The translations under genes were made by a program, and so were the position numbers. The notes below the pieces were generated by a model that saw only the letters and a program-made list of their open reading frames with translations, was not told the origin of the DNA and searched no databases. This document shows positions 16,600-31,242 of a DNA stretch of 64,000 nucleotides, piece by piece. Within the stretch, counting starts at the first letter, position 1, and each line of letters starts with the position of its first letter. Source of the stretch: the human T2T-CHM13v2.0 reference genome, Homo sapiens. The stretch is taken from the NCBI RefSeq assembly GCF_009914755.1, contig NC_060930.1. The stretch is one strand, 5' to 3'.

Positions 16600-17350
16600 T
16601 TTAAAAAATTAATACTTTAAAAAAATTTGAAATATCACAGACTTACAGAAAATTAAGTAGAAAATAGCAACTTTTTCTTTAAACCATTTGAGAATAAGTT
16701 CCCAGCCTGATGTCTTGGCACCCCCAATACTTGTTAGTGTTTATTTCCTTCAAACAGAACATTTTCCTGCATGACCACAATTCAACATCAAAATAAGAAA
16801 ATTAATGTTGATAAGTTACTACCATCTATCCTCCAGACCCCATTCAAGTTTCACCAGTTTTCTCAATCACATCCCACAGGCAATTTTAATTCACATGTAT
16901 TATTTAGTTGTCACGTCTCTTTAGTCTCCTTCAGTCTGCAAAAGATTCTTAGTTTCTCTTAGATTTTCATGGACTTTGTTACTTTTGAAGATTATCAGCA
17001 GTTATTTTGTATCTCTCAGTTTGGGTTTATCTGATGTTTCTGCCTAGATTCAAGTTAGACATTTTAAGCAGTACTGTAACAGAAGTTATGCTATGTTCTT
17101 TTCATTGCATTCTATCAGATTACATGATTTTGATTCAGCCCAATTCTGATTGACTTTATCAAAATTTGTCCATTCTATTGTTGATAGGCATTTAGCTTTT
17201 GTTTTCTTTTTTTTTTTTTTTTTTTTTTGGTTATCACAAATACTGCTGCTCTGAACATTGTAGCACATATTTTGGAAAACATATTTCTGTTGGTTATGTG
17301 TTTTGGAATGGAATTGTAGGGTATTGAGTATATCTGTGTACAGCTTTAAT
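16600..17350 (-). mobile_element. L1MC/ME 3' end fragment
   Basis: aaccatttgagaataagtt...catcaaaataagaaaattaatgttgat motifs typical of L1MC4/5 3'UTRs. Confidence 0.6.
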
Positions 17351-17382
17351 GGATTTAGATTTACTTTAAATGGATTTATTCT

Positions 17383-17812
<430 letters not shown>

Positions 17813-18339
17813 TTAATAGAAGACAGACAGTGACTTGCTTTCTCCTGGGTGGTTCAGGGCCGAGCCTGGTTGAGAGGAGGTCCAGAGAACACTTTTTCTT
17901 ATGTAGGAGAGTGGTGGGAGTTGTTGCCTGGGAGCCTGTCCTGACAGCTGTGGAAAGGAGCAGGAGGGAAGCGAAGGAGTTCATTTAGGGCTGTGGCGAA
18001 GTAGAAATCTAAACCTATTGCTATGGTCTCTTTATTACTGTCCTTTCCATTGAGGAAGGTTTTGACCTTGGAGTATGTAATTGAAAACTTTCAGCTTTAT
18101 AAATGGAAATATTCTTGTAGGATAAGAAAAAGTACCCTAAAGTAGATTTTTTGAAAGGTATTTTGATGAGTGGTAGAGGATGAAATAAATGGTTCTGGGG
18201 GAAGATGTAAATTGATGAGAGTTTTACCCCAGGTGACAACTGAAAGCTTATTCTTAACCTATGACCATATGACTTTTATAATATAACTGTCTAGCTTTTG
18301 AACATGGTTTAGGACTGATAAAAAATTGACATTACTTTT

Positions 18340-18830
18340 TCCTTTGATAGGAACTCTGTGGCCCTACTTCCTCTCAGAACCTTCCCTTAAGTCCCAAGAT
18401 TGTGCTAAGTATATCTCCTTTGTGTTCCCACAGCATTCTGCACACGACCAAATTACGGTGAAATTATTCTCATTATGTGTTTTCCTCCTCAATTAAAATG
18501 TAAGTTCTTTGAGAGTGAGGGATTTCTCTTAATTCAAATTTTGATCTGGTATAGCATGTGGCACATAGGGTTAGTGGTCAGTAAAATTTTATTGAACTGA
18601 CAGATACCAAATAATGATATAAACTTGCTTTTGTTCACAGTTTACTGTTTATACATACTGTTAATCCCACTATAAGTCACTGAGAGAGAAAGGGGTTATA
18701 ATGTGCATTATATGGATGAGGAAAATGCAGCACAGAGAGACCAAAGTAATTTGTCTAAGATTATGTTGGCTAATAATTGCTGGAGCCCTGACTTGATCTC
18801 AGGTTTTCTGATTGTAATTCTTAGGGTCTT
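18340..18830. mobile_element. L2 3' end (+) followed by MIR (-)
   Basis: aatgtaagttctttgagagtgaggga...ggcacatag (L2); atggatgaggaaaatgcagcacagagaga (MIR core). Confidence 0.55.
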
Positions 18831-19089
18831 TTGATGGTAACTGTGCCTTTGTCAGGAGTTGTATAACCAGGTGATTTAGGTCTTCAAACTCTGATAAAAT
18901 ATTCATAGGTAAGTATATTAAGGTCCAGTCACAGAGCAGGCACAAGGGGTGAATTTGGAGCTACGGTAGAATAGATTGATAACCAGTTAGGGAAAAGAAT
19001 GAGGGAAAGATAGATTTTTTTTGCTTCATATGGCAATTTTAGAAGCTATAGCCAGTTCTTTTATTTAATGGTTTATTTTTAAATAACTT

Positions 19090-20260
19090 TTTATTTGTTC
19101 ATCCATGCATAGGTTTGGGTACTAGAGATACTACTTAACAAATTAGATGAGATTTCTTCTCTTACAAAGCTTATATTCTAGTGGGAGACAGACAATTACT
19201 GAAGAAATAAACAATAACAATATTGTAAATGACATGAAGGAGCCAGCTGAACAAATATAGAGGAAACTGCATTCCAGGCAGGAAAAGTCACTAATGCAAA
19301 GGCCCCCAAAGGGAGGAATCTTGGCCTGTTTTTTTAGAATCAAAAAGGCCAGTGTAGCTAGAGCATAGTGAGCTATGGTAGAGTGCTACCATGTGAGGCT
19401 GCAATGGCTAGGTGTAGACTCTGTGAGACTTTGAGGTAGAGTCCCAGGGTAAAGAGTTTGATTTTTTTTTAGCCTAATGTAGTGGAAAGACATTGGATGA
19501 TTTTGAATAAGTGAGTGATATGATCTGATTTGTGTTTTAAATAGATGACTGTGGCTGCTGCTTGAAAGCCATTTTGGAGGACAAAAAAGGAATGGAAGCA
19601 GGAGGACTAGTCTGGAAGTTTTCACATTAATCTAGATAGCGGCTTGAAATGGATTGGTTGTGGTGATATGACTGACAGAAGTCAGTGGATTTCAGTTAGT
19701 TTTTAAAGTATTATTGACATGGTGGATTGGTTGTGAGAGAAAGAGAAGAATCAGCATGATGATGATGATGAGAGCTTAAGCATAGTGAAAATTTAATATT
19801 TGCCAAGTGCTATTCTAAATTCTTTATATGAATTAATGCATTTAGTCTTTATGGTAACCCTATAAGGCAGGTACCATTATCACTCTCTGAGGCTTGTAGT
19901 ATCTTTATACAGGTAGTGAGGAGCAGAAGCAGGACTTGAATCCATACAGTCTGGCATCAAGGTCTATGTTCTTGACCATTATATTACACTGCCTAGAATT
20001 TTGGCTTGAATAATTTATTAGGGGGTGATGCCTTTGCCAAGATGTAGAAGACTCTGAGAAAAATATGTAAAATAAAATAAAGAGTTCTATTCTGACCACG
20101 TTAAGTAGAAGGTGCTTATTGGTTACACAAATGGAGATGGCAAGTTTGAAGTTGGATTTGAGTGTCTAAATTTTTGGGGAGGAGAATGTGAAGCCATGAG
20201 ACTCCAGGAAGAGTGTGGGATGTCAGTGGAGAAGAGAGGGGGCCCACAGCTGAGCTTGGT
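19090..20260 (-). mobile_element. L2 with a MIR inserted at ~19760-19995
   Basis: L2 motifs ttccaggcagg...aatgcaaaggccc and aaggccagtgtagctagagcatagtgag; MIR motif gcaggacttgaatccatacagtctgg. Confidence 0.7.
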
Positions 20261-20391
20261 TTCCATGCACTTCCACTTGATGTCATTAAGCAGAGAACAT
20301 ACTTCATTTGTTGTTAGGAAATGGGGCAGATCCTTAAATTGGAGCTGGATTTCTTTAAGGCAAAAATCTCTTTCTCCTCACACAGTGTGAC

Positions 20392-20721
20392 TATTTATTT
20401 TTATTTTTATTTTTTATTTTTAGACAGGGTCTCTACTCTGTCACCCAGGCTGGAGTGCAGTGGTGCAATTACAACTCACCATGGCCTTGACCTCCCAGGC
20501 TCAAGCCGTCCTCCTGCCTTAGCTTCCTAAGTAGCTGGAGCCACAGGCCTGTGCCAACAGTGCCTGGCTAATTTTTTAATTTTTTATTAATAAAAGTTTA
20601 TGTAGAGTTGGGGGTATCCCTATGTTGCCTGGGTTGGTCGAGAACTCCTGTGCTCAAGTGATCCTTCTACCTGAGCCTCCTAAAGTTCTGGAATTACAGG
20701 CATGAGTCACCATGCCTGGCC
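20392..20721 (-). mobile_element. AluJ
   Basis: Alu consensus with J diagnostics and (TTTTA)n tail. Confidence 0.9.
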
Positions 20722-21437
20722 TTAATTTCACTTTCTATTTGTGAGACTCATCTTTAGAAGGTACTGGTAAAACGTTAAAGAAACCAGACTTCCAAAAAAT
20801 GTATTTATACACATCTTATTTAGATACAGAAAAAAGGACTGAGAAGTTCCCAGGAAGATAATTGACAGGCAGGTAAGTGGCTCTTACTTGGAGTCACAGA
20901 GAAAAGCAAGGATTTTCTTTTTTGAAAAGGATTTCCTTTTTCACATTTAGAAAGTACCAGTTGGGTCTGTGGCTCATTAAGTATTTGTTGGTTTGGAAAA
21001 ATATGCTTTGTAGGCACTTAATCAGGTAATTTTTATTTCTAAAGAGTGGAATCCTCTTAAATCTTGTATCCTCTTTTTAAAAGTAGTGTTCAATTTTCTT
21101 CCTTAAACTGTGATTAAATATAATTAATTTTCTTGAATGGTTACTTAGTTGGGAATCATATAGGAGTTTTCTTACTATTTGTGTACAACTAGCTGATTTC
21201 TTGGGTTCTGGTTAACATGTCTTTTTAAATATACTGATCATTTAATGCCATTTTAAAGTGGGTCACTGTGAACTTGTCAGTGCTGCAGCAAATCCGTCAA
21301 TATGCAAGTAGCATATCGCGATATGCAAGCACAACATGCTTTCACTTCCACCATTACTGTCAGGCACCAGTTCATTTGGTCTCCCTTGCTGCTGATCTGT
21401 GGGAAACAAAACGTTGCAGTTGAAAGCCATGAGGCTA

Positions 21438-21517
21438 TTAGGATGGTGCAAAAGTAATTGTGATTTTTTTCTTTACTTTTAATGGCAAAGACTACAATTA
21501 CTTTTGCGACAACCTAA
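21438..21517 (+). ncRNA. MIR548U: MADE1 MITE forming a miR-548-family hairpin (MIR548U-like)
   Basis: 80-bp near-palindrome ttaggatggtgcaaaagtaattg...caattacttttgcgacaacctaa flanked by TA on both sides. The 3' arm 21486-21508 (caaagactacaattacttttgcg) resembles recalled miR-548u, which is known to lie in a PRIM2 intron. Confidence 0.8.
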
Positions 21518-23939
21518 TAACACACAAAAAAATCATTTTTGGGGGGAAAATAAGCATATGCTCTTTCTAGTTTGACAGGTTTGTTGACTGAGGATGCTCA
21601 GCTGAACTTGATTGTTGTTCTATTTGTGAGATACTGGTTTGTTAACCTTTTTCTAAGATGCAGTTTACAATCTGTTGTCTATTCAACACATATTTCTCTT
21701 TTTTTAACTTTTAGGTTTGGGGGTACATGCGAAGGTTTGTTACATAGGTAAACTCATGTCACGGGGGCTTGTTGTACAGATTATTTCATCACCCAGGTAT
21801 TAAACTCAGTACCCAATAGTTACCTTTTCTGCTCCTCTCCTTCCTCCCAACCTCCACCCTCAGGTAGACCCCAGTGTCTGTTGTTCTTTTCTGTGTGTGC
21901 AAGAGTTCTCATCATTTAGCTCTCACTAAGTGAGAACATGTGGTATTAGGTTTTCTATTCTTGCGTTAGTTTGCTAGTTAGTAGCCTCCAGCTCCATCCA
22001 TGTTCCCACAAAAGACATGATCTCATTCTTTTTTATGGCTACATAGTATTCCATAATGTATGTGTACCACACTTTCTTTAGTCTGTCACTGAAGGACATT
22101 TAGGTTGATTCCATGTCTTTGCTATTGTGAATAGTGCTGCAATGAACATTGGTGTACATATGTCTTGATGGTAGAATGATTTATATTCCTCTGGGTATAT
22201 ACCCAGTAACGGGATTGTAGGGTTGAATGATAGTTCTGCTTTTAGCTCTTTGAGGAATCAGTATACTGCTTTCCACATTGGTTGAACTAATTTACACTCC
22301 CTCCAACAGTGTAAAAGTGTTCCCTCCTCTTCGCAACTTCATCAGCATCTGTTATTTTTTGACTTCTTAGTAATAGCCATTCTGACTGGTATGAGATGGT
22401 ATCTCATTGTGGTTTTGATTTGCATTTCTCTAATGATCATTGATATTGAACTTTTGTTCATATGCTTCTTGGCCACATGTATGTCCTCTTTAGAGAAGTG
22501 TCTGTTCATGTCCTTTGCCCACTTTTTAATGGGGTTGTTTATCTCTTGTATATTTAAATTCCTTATAGATGTTGAATATTAGACCTTTGTCAGATGCATA
22601 GTTTGCAAGTATTTTCTTCCATTCTGTGGGTTGTCTGTGTACTCTGTTGATAATTTCTTTTGCTGTGCAGAAGCTGTTAAGTTTAATTAGATCCCATTTG
22701 CCAATTTTTGCTTTTGGTGTCTTTGTCATGAAATTTTTGCCCATTCCTATGTCCAGATGGTATTGCCTAAGTTGTCTTCCAGGGTTTTCATTGCTTTGGA
22801 TTTTACATTTAAGCCTTTAATCCATTTTGAGTTGATTTTTATATATGGTATAAGGAAAAGTCCAGCATCAATCTTCTGCATATTGCTAGCCAGTTATCCA
22901 GCACCATTTATTGAATAGGGAGTCTTTTCCCCATTGCTTGTTTTGTAGGTGTGTGGGCTTATTGCTGGGCTCTCTATTCTGTTCCATTGGTCTATGTGCT
23001 TGTTTTTGTACCTGTACCATGCTGTTTTGGTTACTGTATCCTGTGCTGTAGTTTGAAATTGGTAGTGTGATGCCTCAAGCTTTGTTCTTTCTGCTTAGGA
23101 TTGCCTTGGCTATTCGGGCTCTTTTTTAGTTTCATATGAACTTTAAAATAGTTTTTATTTATTTATTTTTGTAGTTCTGTGAAGAATGTCATTGATAGTT
23201 TGATAGGAATAGGACTGAATTATATAAATGGCTTTGGGCAGTATGACCATTTTAATGATATTGACTTTTCCTGTCCATGAGCATGGGATGTTTTTTTCCA
23301 TTTATTTGTGTATCTCTGATTTCTTTGAGCAGTATTTTGTAATTCTTATTATAGCAATCTTTCACCTCCCTGGTTAGCTGTATTCCTAGGTATTTTATTC
23401 TTTCTGTGGCAATTGTGAATGGGATTGCCTTGTTGATTTGGCTCTCAGCTTGGCTTTTGTTGGTGTATAGGAATGCTAGCGATTTTCGTTCATTGATTTT
23501 GTATCCTGAAACTGCTGAAGGTGTTTATCAGCTGAAGGAGCTTTTGGACTGAGACTGTGGAATTTTCTAGATATAAAATTACATCATCTGCCAACAGGGA
23601 TAGTTTGATTTCCTGTCTTCCTATTTGGATGCCTGCCCTTCATTTCTTTTTTTTAAATTAATAATAGCTGAATAGTAACTTTATTCTCCCTTATTCTTAG
23701 CATTTACATTATATTTATAGTTTATTAATCTATCTGATTCTAAAAAGTTTTGCAATAGCCAAAAATTCATCAAATATCAAAATTCTTTCCTAAATCCAAA
23801 ACTAGTGAAAAATTAGTTCTCAAATAAAAAGGAACATAGAACTGATAAAGACAGTCATAGTTTTCATGGAATAGAAGGGCCACTAATAGCCTAGAGAGGG
23901 AAAAGGAAAATATTCATTTTTTTTAGTGGATATCCAAAT

Positions 23940-26900
23940 TTTTATTTATTTTTATTATTTTTAATTTTTCCATAAGTTATTGGGGTACGTACGGGTGGTA
24001 TTTGGTTACATGAGTAAGTTCTTTAGTGTTGATTTGTGAGATTTTTGGTGTACCCATCACCCGAGCAGTATACGCTACACCATTATTTGTAGTCTTATTT
24101 TTTGTCCATTGTACATTCTTATGCCTTACATCCTCATAGCATAGCTCCCACATATCAGTGAGAACTTATGATGTTTGGTTTTCCATTCCTGAGTTACTTC
24201 ACTTAGAATAATAGTGTCTCATTCAGGTCACTGCAAATGCTGTTACTTATTGCTTTTTATGGTTTCATAGTATTCCTTACTTTATATATATATATACATA
24301 CACACACACACCACAGTTTCTTTACCCACTCATAGATTGATGGGCATTTGGATTGGTTCCATGATTTTGCAATTGTCAGTTGTGCTGCTATAAACATGCA
24401 TGTGCAAATACCTTTTTCGAATAATGACTTCTTTTCCTCTGGTAGATACCCAGTAGTGGTGTTGCTGGATCAAGTGGCAGTTCTTGATTCTTTTAGTTCT
24501 TTAAGGAACCTCCACACTGTTTTCCATAGTGGCTGTACTAGTTTACACTCCCATCAGTAGTGTAGAAGTGTTCCCTGTTCATCACATCCATGCCAACATC
24601 TACTGTTTTTTGATTTTGATTATGGCCATTCTTGCAGGAGTAAGGTGGTATTGCAATGTGGTTTTAATTTGCATTTCCCTGATCATTAGTGATGTTGAGC
24701 ATTTTTTCATATGTTTGCTGGCCATTTGTATATCTTCTTCTGAGAATTGTCTATTCATATCCTTAGCCCACTTTTTGATGGAATTGTTTGTTTTTTTTTT
24801 TCCTTACTGATTTGTTTGAGTTTGTTGTAGATTCTGGATACAAGTCCCTTGTCAGATGTATAGATTGTGAAGATTTTCTCCCACTCTGTGGGTTGTCTGT
24901 TTACTCTACTGACTGTTCCTTTTGCCATGTGAAAGCTCTTTAGTTTAAGTAGGTCCCAGCTATTTATCTTTGTTGTTATTGCATTTGCGTTTCGGTTCTT
25001 GGTCATGAAATCCTTGCCTAAGCCAGTGTCTAAAAGGGTTTTCCCAATGTTATCTTCTAGAATTTTTATAGTTTCAGGTCTTAGGTTTAAGTCCTTAATC
25101 CATCATCAGTTGATTTTTGCATAAGGCGAGAGATGAGGGTCCAGTTTCATTCTCTTACATGTGGCTAGCCAATTATCCCTGCACCATTTGTTGAAAAGGG
25201 TGTCTTTTCCCCACTTTATGTTTTTGTTTGCTTTGTTGAAGATCAGCTGGCTGTAAGCATTTGGGTTTATTTCTGGATTCTCTATTCTGTTCCATTGGTC
25301 TGTGTGCCTGTTTTTATACCAGTACCATGCTGTTTTGGTGACTATGGCCTATAGTATAATTTGAAATCAGGTAATGTGATGCCTCCAGATTTGTTCTTTT
25401 TGCTTAGCCTTGCTTTGGCTATGCGGGCTCTTTTTTGGTTCCATATGAATTTTAGAATTGTTTTTTTCTAGTTCTGTGAAGAATGATGATGGTATTTTGA
25501 TGGGATTGCATTGAATTTGTAGATTGCTTTTGGCAGTATGGTCATTTTCACAATATTGATTTTACTCCTGCATGAGCATGGGATGTGTTTCCATTTGTTT
25601 GTATTATCTATGATTTCTTTCAACAGTTTTTTGCGGTTTTCCTTGTAGAGGTCTTTTGACTCCTTGGTTAGGTATATTCCTAAGTATTTTATTTTATTTT
25701 TTTGCAGGTATTGTAAAAGGGATTGAGTTCTTCATTTGAATCTCTGCTTGGTTGCTGTTGGTGTATAGCAGAGCTACTGATTTGTGTACATTACTCTTGT
25801 ATCCGGAAACTTTGCTCAATTCTTTTATCAGTTCTAGGAGCTTTCTGGAGGAGTCCTTAGGGTTTCCAAGGTAAACAATCATAGCTCCAGCAAACAGTGA
25901 CAGTTTGACTTCCTCTTTACCGATTTGGATGCCCTTTCTTTCTCTTGTCTGATTGCTCTGGCTAGGACTTCCAATACTATGTTGAAGAGGAGTGGTGAGA
26001 GTGGGCATCCTTGTCTTGTTCCCGTTCTCAGAGGGAATGCTTTCAACTTTACCCCATTCAGTATTATGTTGGCTGTGGGTTTGTCATAGATGGCTTTTAT
26101 AACATTAAGGTATGTCCCTTGTATGCTGATTTTGTGGAGAGTGTTAATCATAAAGAGATGCTGAATTTTGTGGAATGCCTTTTCTGCATCTATTGAGATG
26201 ATCATGTGATTTTTTGTTTTTAATTCTGTGTATGTGGTGTATCACATTTATTGACTTGCATATGTTAAACCATACCTGCATCTGTGGTGTGATACCCACT
26301 TGATTATGGTGATTATCTTTTTGATATGTTGTTGTATTCGGTTAGCTAGTATTTTGTTAAGGATTTTAGCAGCTATGTTCATCAAGGATATCAGTCTGTA
26401 GTTTTCTTTTTTGGTTACGTTGTTTCCTGGTTTTGGTATTAGGGCAATGCTGGTTTCATATAATGAATTAGGGAGGGTTCCTTCTTTCTCTATCCTGTAG
26501 AATAGTTTTAAAAGGATTGGTACCAATTCTTCTTTGAATGTCTGGTAGAATTCTGCTGTGAATCCATCTGGTCCTGGACTTTTTGTTGTTGGTAATTTTT
26601 AAATTACCATTTCAATCTTGCTCCTTGTTATTGGTCTGTTCAGGGTACCTAATTCTTCCTGATTTAAGCTGGGAGGGTTGTATTTTTCCAGGAATTCATC
26701 CATCTCTTCTAGGTTTTCTAGTTTATGTGCATAAAGGTGTTCATAGTAGACTAGAATGATCTTTTGTATTTCAGTGGTGTCAGTTGTAGTATCTCCTGTT
26801 TTCTTTCTTAGCTATGTTATTTGGATTTTCTCCCTTCTTTTCTTGGTTAATCTTGCTAATGGTCTATTAATTGTATTTATCTTTTGAAAGGACCAGCTTT

Positions 26901-29002
26901 TTGTTTCATTTATCTTTTGTATTGTTTTTCTTGTTTCAGTTTCATTTAGTTCTGCTCTGATCTTGGTTATTTCCTTTCTTCTGCTGGGTTTGGGTTTGGT
27001 TTGTTTTTCTTTCTCTAGTCCTTGAGGTGTGACCTTAGAATGTCAATTTGTGCTCTTACAGTCTTTTTGATGTAGGCATTTAGGGCTATGAACTTTCCTC
27101 TTAGCACTGCCTTTGCTGTATCCCAGAGGTTTTGATAGGTTGTATCATTATTGTTATTCAGTTCAAATAATTTCTATCTTGATTTTGTTTTTGACCCAAT
27201 GCTCATTCAGGAGCAGGTTATTTAATTTCTATATATTTGCATGATTTTGAAGGTTCCTTTTGGAGTTGATTTCCAGTTATATTCCATTGTGGTCTGAGAA
27301 AGTGCTTGATATGATTTCAATTTTCTTAAATTTATTGAGGCTAGTTTCATGGCCTGTCATATAGTCTATCTTGGAGAAGGTTCTATGTGCTATTGAATAG
27401 AATGTGTATTCTGAGGTTGTTGGATGAAATGTTCTGTAAATATCTGTTAAGTCCAATTGTTCCAAGGTATAGTTTAAATCCATTGTTTCTTTGTTGACTT
27501 TCTGTCTTGATGACCTGTCTAGTGCTGTCAGTGGAGTATTGAAGTCTCCCACTGTTTTGTCTTGCTGTCTATCTCACTTCTTATGTCTATTAGTAATTGT
27601 TTTATAAATTTGGGAGCTTGAGTATTAGATGGATATATGTTTAGGATTGTGATATTTTTCTGTTGGACAAGGCCTTTTACCATTATATAATGTCCCTCTT
27701 TCTGTCTTTTAACTGCTGTTGCTTTAAAGTTTGATTTGTTTGATACAGGAATAGCTACCCCTGCTCACTTTTGGTGTCCATTTGCATGAAATGCCTTATT
27801 CCACCCCTTACTTTAAGTTTACATGAGTCCTTATGTGTTAGGTGAGTCTCTTGAAGGCAGCAGATAATTGGTTGGTGAATTCTTATCCATTCTGCAATTC
27901 TGTATCTTTTGAGTGGAGCATTTAGGCCATTTACATTCAATGTTAGTATTGAGATGTGAGGTACCATTCCATTCATTGTGCTATTTGTTGCTTGTATATC
28001 TTGGCTTTTTGTTTTTGTTTTTTAAATTGTATTTTTGTTTTGTAGGTCTTGCGAGATTTATGCTTTAAAATGGTTCTGTTTTGATGTGTTTCCAGGATTT
28101 ATTTCAAGATTTAGAGCTCCTTTTAGCAGTTGTTGTAGTGGTGGCTTGGTAATGGCGAATTCTCTCAGCATTTGTTTGTCTGAAAAAGATTATATCTTTC
28201 CTACATATATGATGCTTAGTTTTTCTGGATATAAAATTCTTGGCTGATAATGGTTTTGTTTGAGGAGGTGGAAGACAGGGTCCCAATCCCTTCTAGGCTG
28301 TATGGTTTCTGTTGAGAAATCTGCTGTTAATCTGTTAGGTTTTCTTTTATAGGTTACCTGGTGCTTCTGTCTCACAGGTCTTAGGATTCTTTCCTTCATC
28401 CTAACTTTGGATAACCTGATGAAAATGTGCCTAGATGAAGATCTTTTTGTGATGAATTTCCTGGGTATTCTTTGTGCTTCTTGTATTTGGATGTCTAGGT
28501 CTCCAGCATTGCCGGGAAAGTTTTCCTTTATTATTTCCCCAAATATGTTTCCCAAGCTTTTAGAATTGTCTTCTTTCTCAGGAACACCGATTATTCTTAG
28601 GTTTGCTTGTTTAACATAATCCCAGACTTCTTGGAGGCTTTGTTCATATTTTCATATTCTTTTTGCTTTGTCTTTGCTGGATTGGGTTAATTCGAAGACC
28701 TTGTCTTCAAGCTCTGCTTTTCTTTCTTCTACTTGTTCAGTTCTATTGCTGAGACTTTCCAGAGCATTTCACATTTCTAAAAGTGTGTCCACAGTTTCCT
28801 GAATTTTTGATTGTTTTTTCTTTAAGCTATCTATTTCCTTGAATATTCCCCCCTTCACTTCTTGTATCATTTTTTGGATTTCCTTGCATTGGGCTTCACC
28901 TTTCTTGGCCCCTCCCTGATTAGCTTAATAACTAACCTGAATTCTTTTTCAGGTGAATCAGGGATTTCTTCTTGTTTTGGATACATTGCTGGTGAACTAG
29001 TT
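23940..29002 (-). mobile_element. L1PB1-like element (3'UTR, ORF2, most of ORF1) nested in host L1
   Basis: L1PB-type 3' end tccataagttattggggtac...catgagtaagttctttagtg; EN peptides ISILTLNVNGLNAPLKRYR and GDFNTPLTALDRSSRQK; ORF1 peptide IIKENFPGNAGDLDIQIQEAQR. Confidence 0.9.
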
Positions 29003-29174
29003 TGCAAAAAAATCAACTCCTGGGTTTGTTGATCTTTTGAATGGTTTTTCATGTCTTGAATTCCTTCAATTCAACTCTGATTTTGGTGATTTCTTGTCTT
29101 TTGCTTGCTTAGAGGCTGATTTGTTTAGGCTTCTCTAATTCTTTCAGTTGTGATATTAAGTTGCTAATTTGAGA

Positions 29175-29552
<378 letters not shown>

Positions 29553-30312
29553 AATCTTTCTAACTTTTTATGTGGCTATTTAGTGCTATGAATTTCCCTC
29601 TTAACACTGCCTTAGCTGTATCCCAGAAATTCTAATATGTTGTATCTTTGCCCTCATTAGTTTAAAAGAACTTCTTAATTTCTGCCTTAATTTCATTTTT
29701 TACCCAAAAGTCATTCAGAAGCATGTTAATTTTCATGTAATCACATGGTTTTGAGTGATTTTCTTAGTCTTGACTTCTATTATTATTGCATGGTGGTCCG
29801 TGAGTGTGTTTGTTATGATTTATGTTATTTTGCATTTGCTGAGGATATTTTATGTCCAATTATGTGGTCGCTTTTAGAGCATTTGCTGTGTGGTGATGAG
29901 ACGAATGTATATTTTATTGGTTTTGGATGAAGAGTTCTGTAGAGGTCCATCAGATCCATTTGGTCCAGTGTTGAGTTCAGTTCCTAAATATCTTTGTTAA
30001 TTTTCTGCCTCAATGATTTGTCTAATACTGTTGGTGGAATGTTGAAGTTTCACAGTATTATTTTGTGGGAATCTATGTCTCTTTGTAGGTCTCTAAGAAC
30101 TTGCTGTATGAATCTGGGTGCTCCTGTGTTGAGTGCATATATATTTAGGATGGTTAGGTATTTTATTCAATTGAAGTCTTTGCCGTTATGAAATGCCCTT
30201 CTTTGTCTTTTTTTTATCTTTTGTTTTGTTTGAATTCTGTTTTGTCTGAAATTGGGATTGCAACCCCTGTTTTTTTCTGATTTCCATTTGCTTGGTAGAT
30301 ATTCCTCTATCC

Positions 30313-31242
30313 TTTTATTTATTTAATTATTATTTATTTATTTATTCTATTATACTTTAGGTTCTAGGGTACATGTGTACAACATGCAGGTTTGTTACAT
30401 ATGTATACATGTGTCATGTTGGTGTGCTGAACCCAGTAACTCGTCATTTACATTAGGTATATCTCCTAGTGCTATCCCTCCTCCATCCCCTGACCCCACG
30501 ACAGGACCCAGTGTGTGATATTCCCCACCCTGTGTCCAAGTGTTCTCATTGTTCAGTTCCCACCTATGAGTGAGAACATGCAGTGTCTTGTTTTCTGTCC
30601 TTGCAATAGTTTGCTCAGAATGATGGTTTCTAGCTTCATCCATGTCCCTACGAAGGACATGAACTCTTCCTTTTTTATGGCTGCATAGTATTCCATGGTG
30701 TACATGTGCCACATTTTCTTAATCCAGTCTATCATTGATGGACATTTGGCTTGGTTGCAAGTCTTTGCTATTGTGAATAGTGCCGCAGAAAACACACGTG
30801 TGCATGTGTCTTTATAGCAGCATGATTTATAATCCTTTGGATATAATGGGATTGCTGGGTCAAATGGTATTTCTAGTTCTAGATCCTTGAGGAATCGCCA
30901 CACTGTCTTTCACAATGGTTGAACTAGTTTACAGTCCCACCAACAGTGTAAAATCGTTCTTATTTCTCCACATCCTCTCCAGCACCTGTTGTTTCCTGAC
31001 TTTTTAATGATCGCCATTCTAACTGGTGTGAGATGGTATCTCATTGTGGTTTTGATTTGCATTTCTCTGATGGCCAGTGATGATGAGCATTTTTTCATGT
31101 GTCTGTTGGCTGCACAAATGTCTTCTTTTGAGAAGTGTCTGTTCATATCCTTTGCCCACTTTTTGATGGGGTTGTTTGATTTTTTTTCTTGTAAATTTGT
31201 TTGAGTTCATTGTAGATTCTGGATATTAGCCCTTTGTCAGAT
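30313..31242 (-). mobile_element. Younger 5'-truncated L1PA4/5-like insert (~0.93 kb)
   Basis: High identity to young L1 3'UTR/ORF2 C-terminus ([10 protein letters not shown]...[29 protein letters not shown]); approximate TSD tcct(t)ttattt. Confidence 0.9.
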
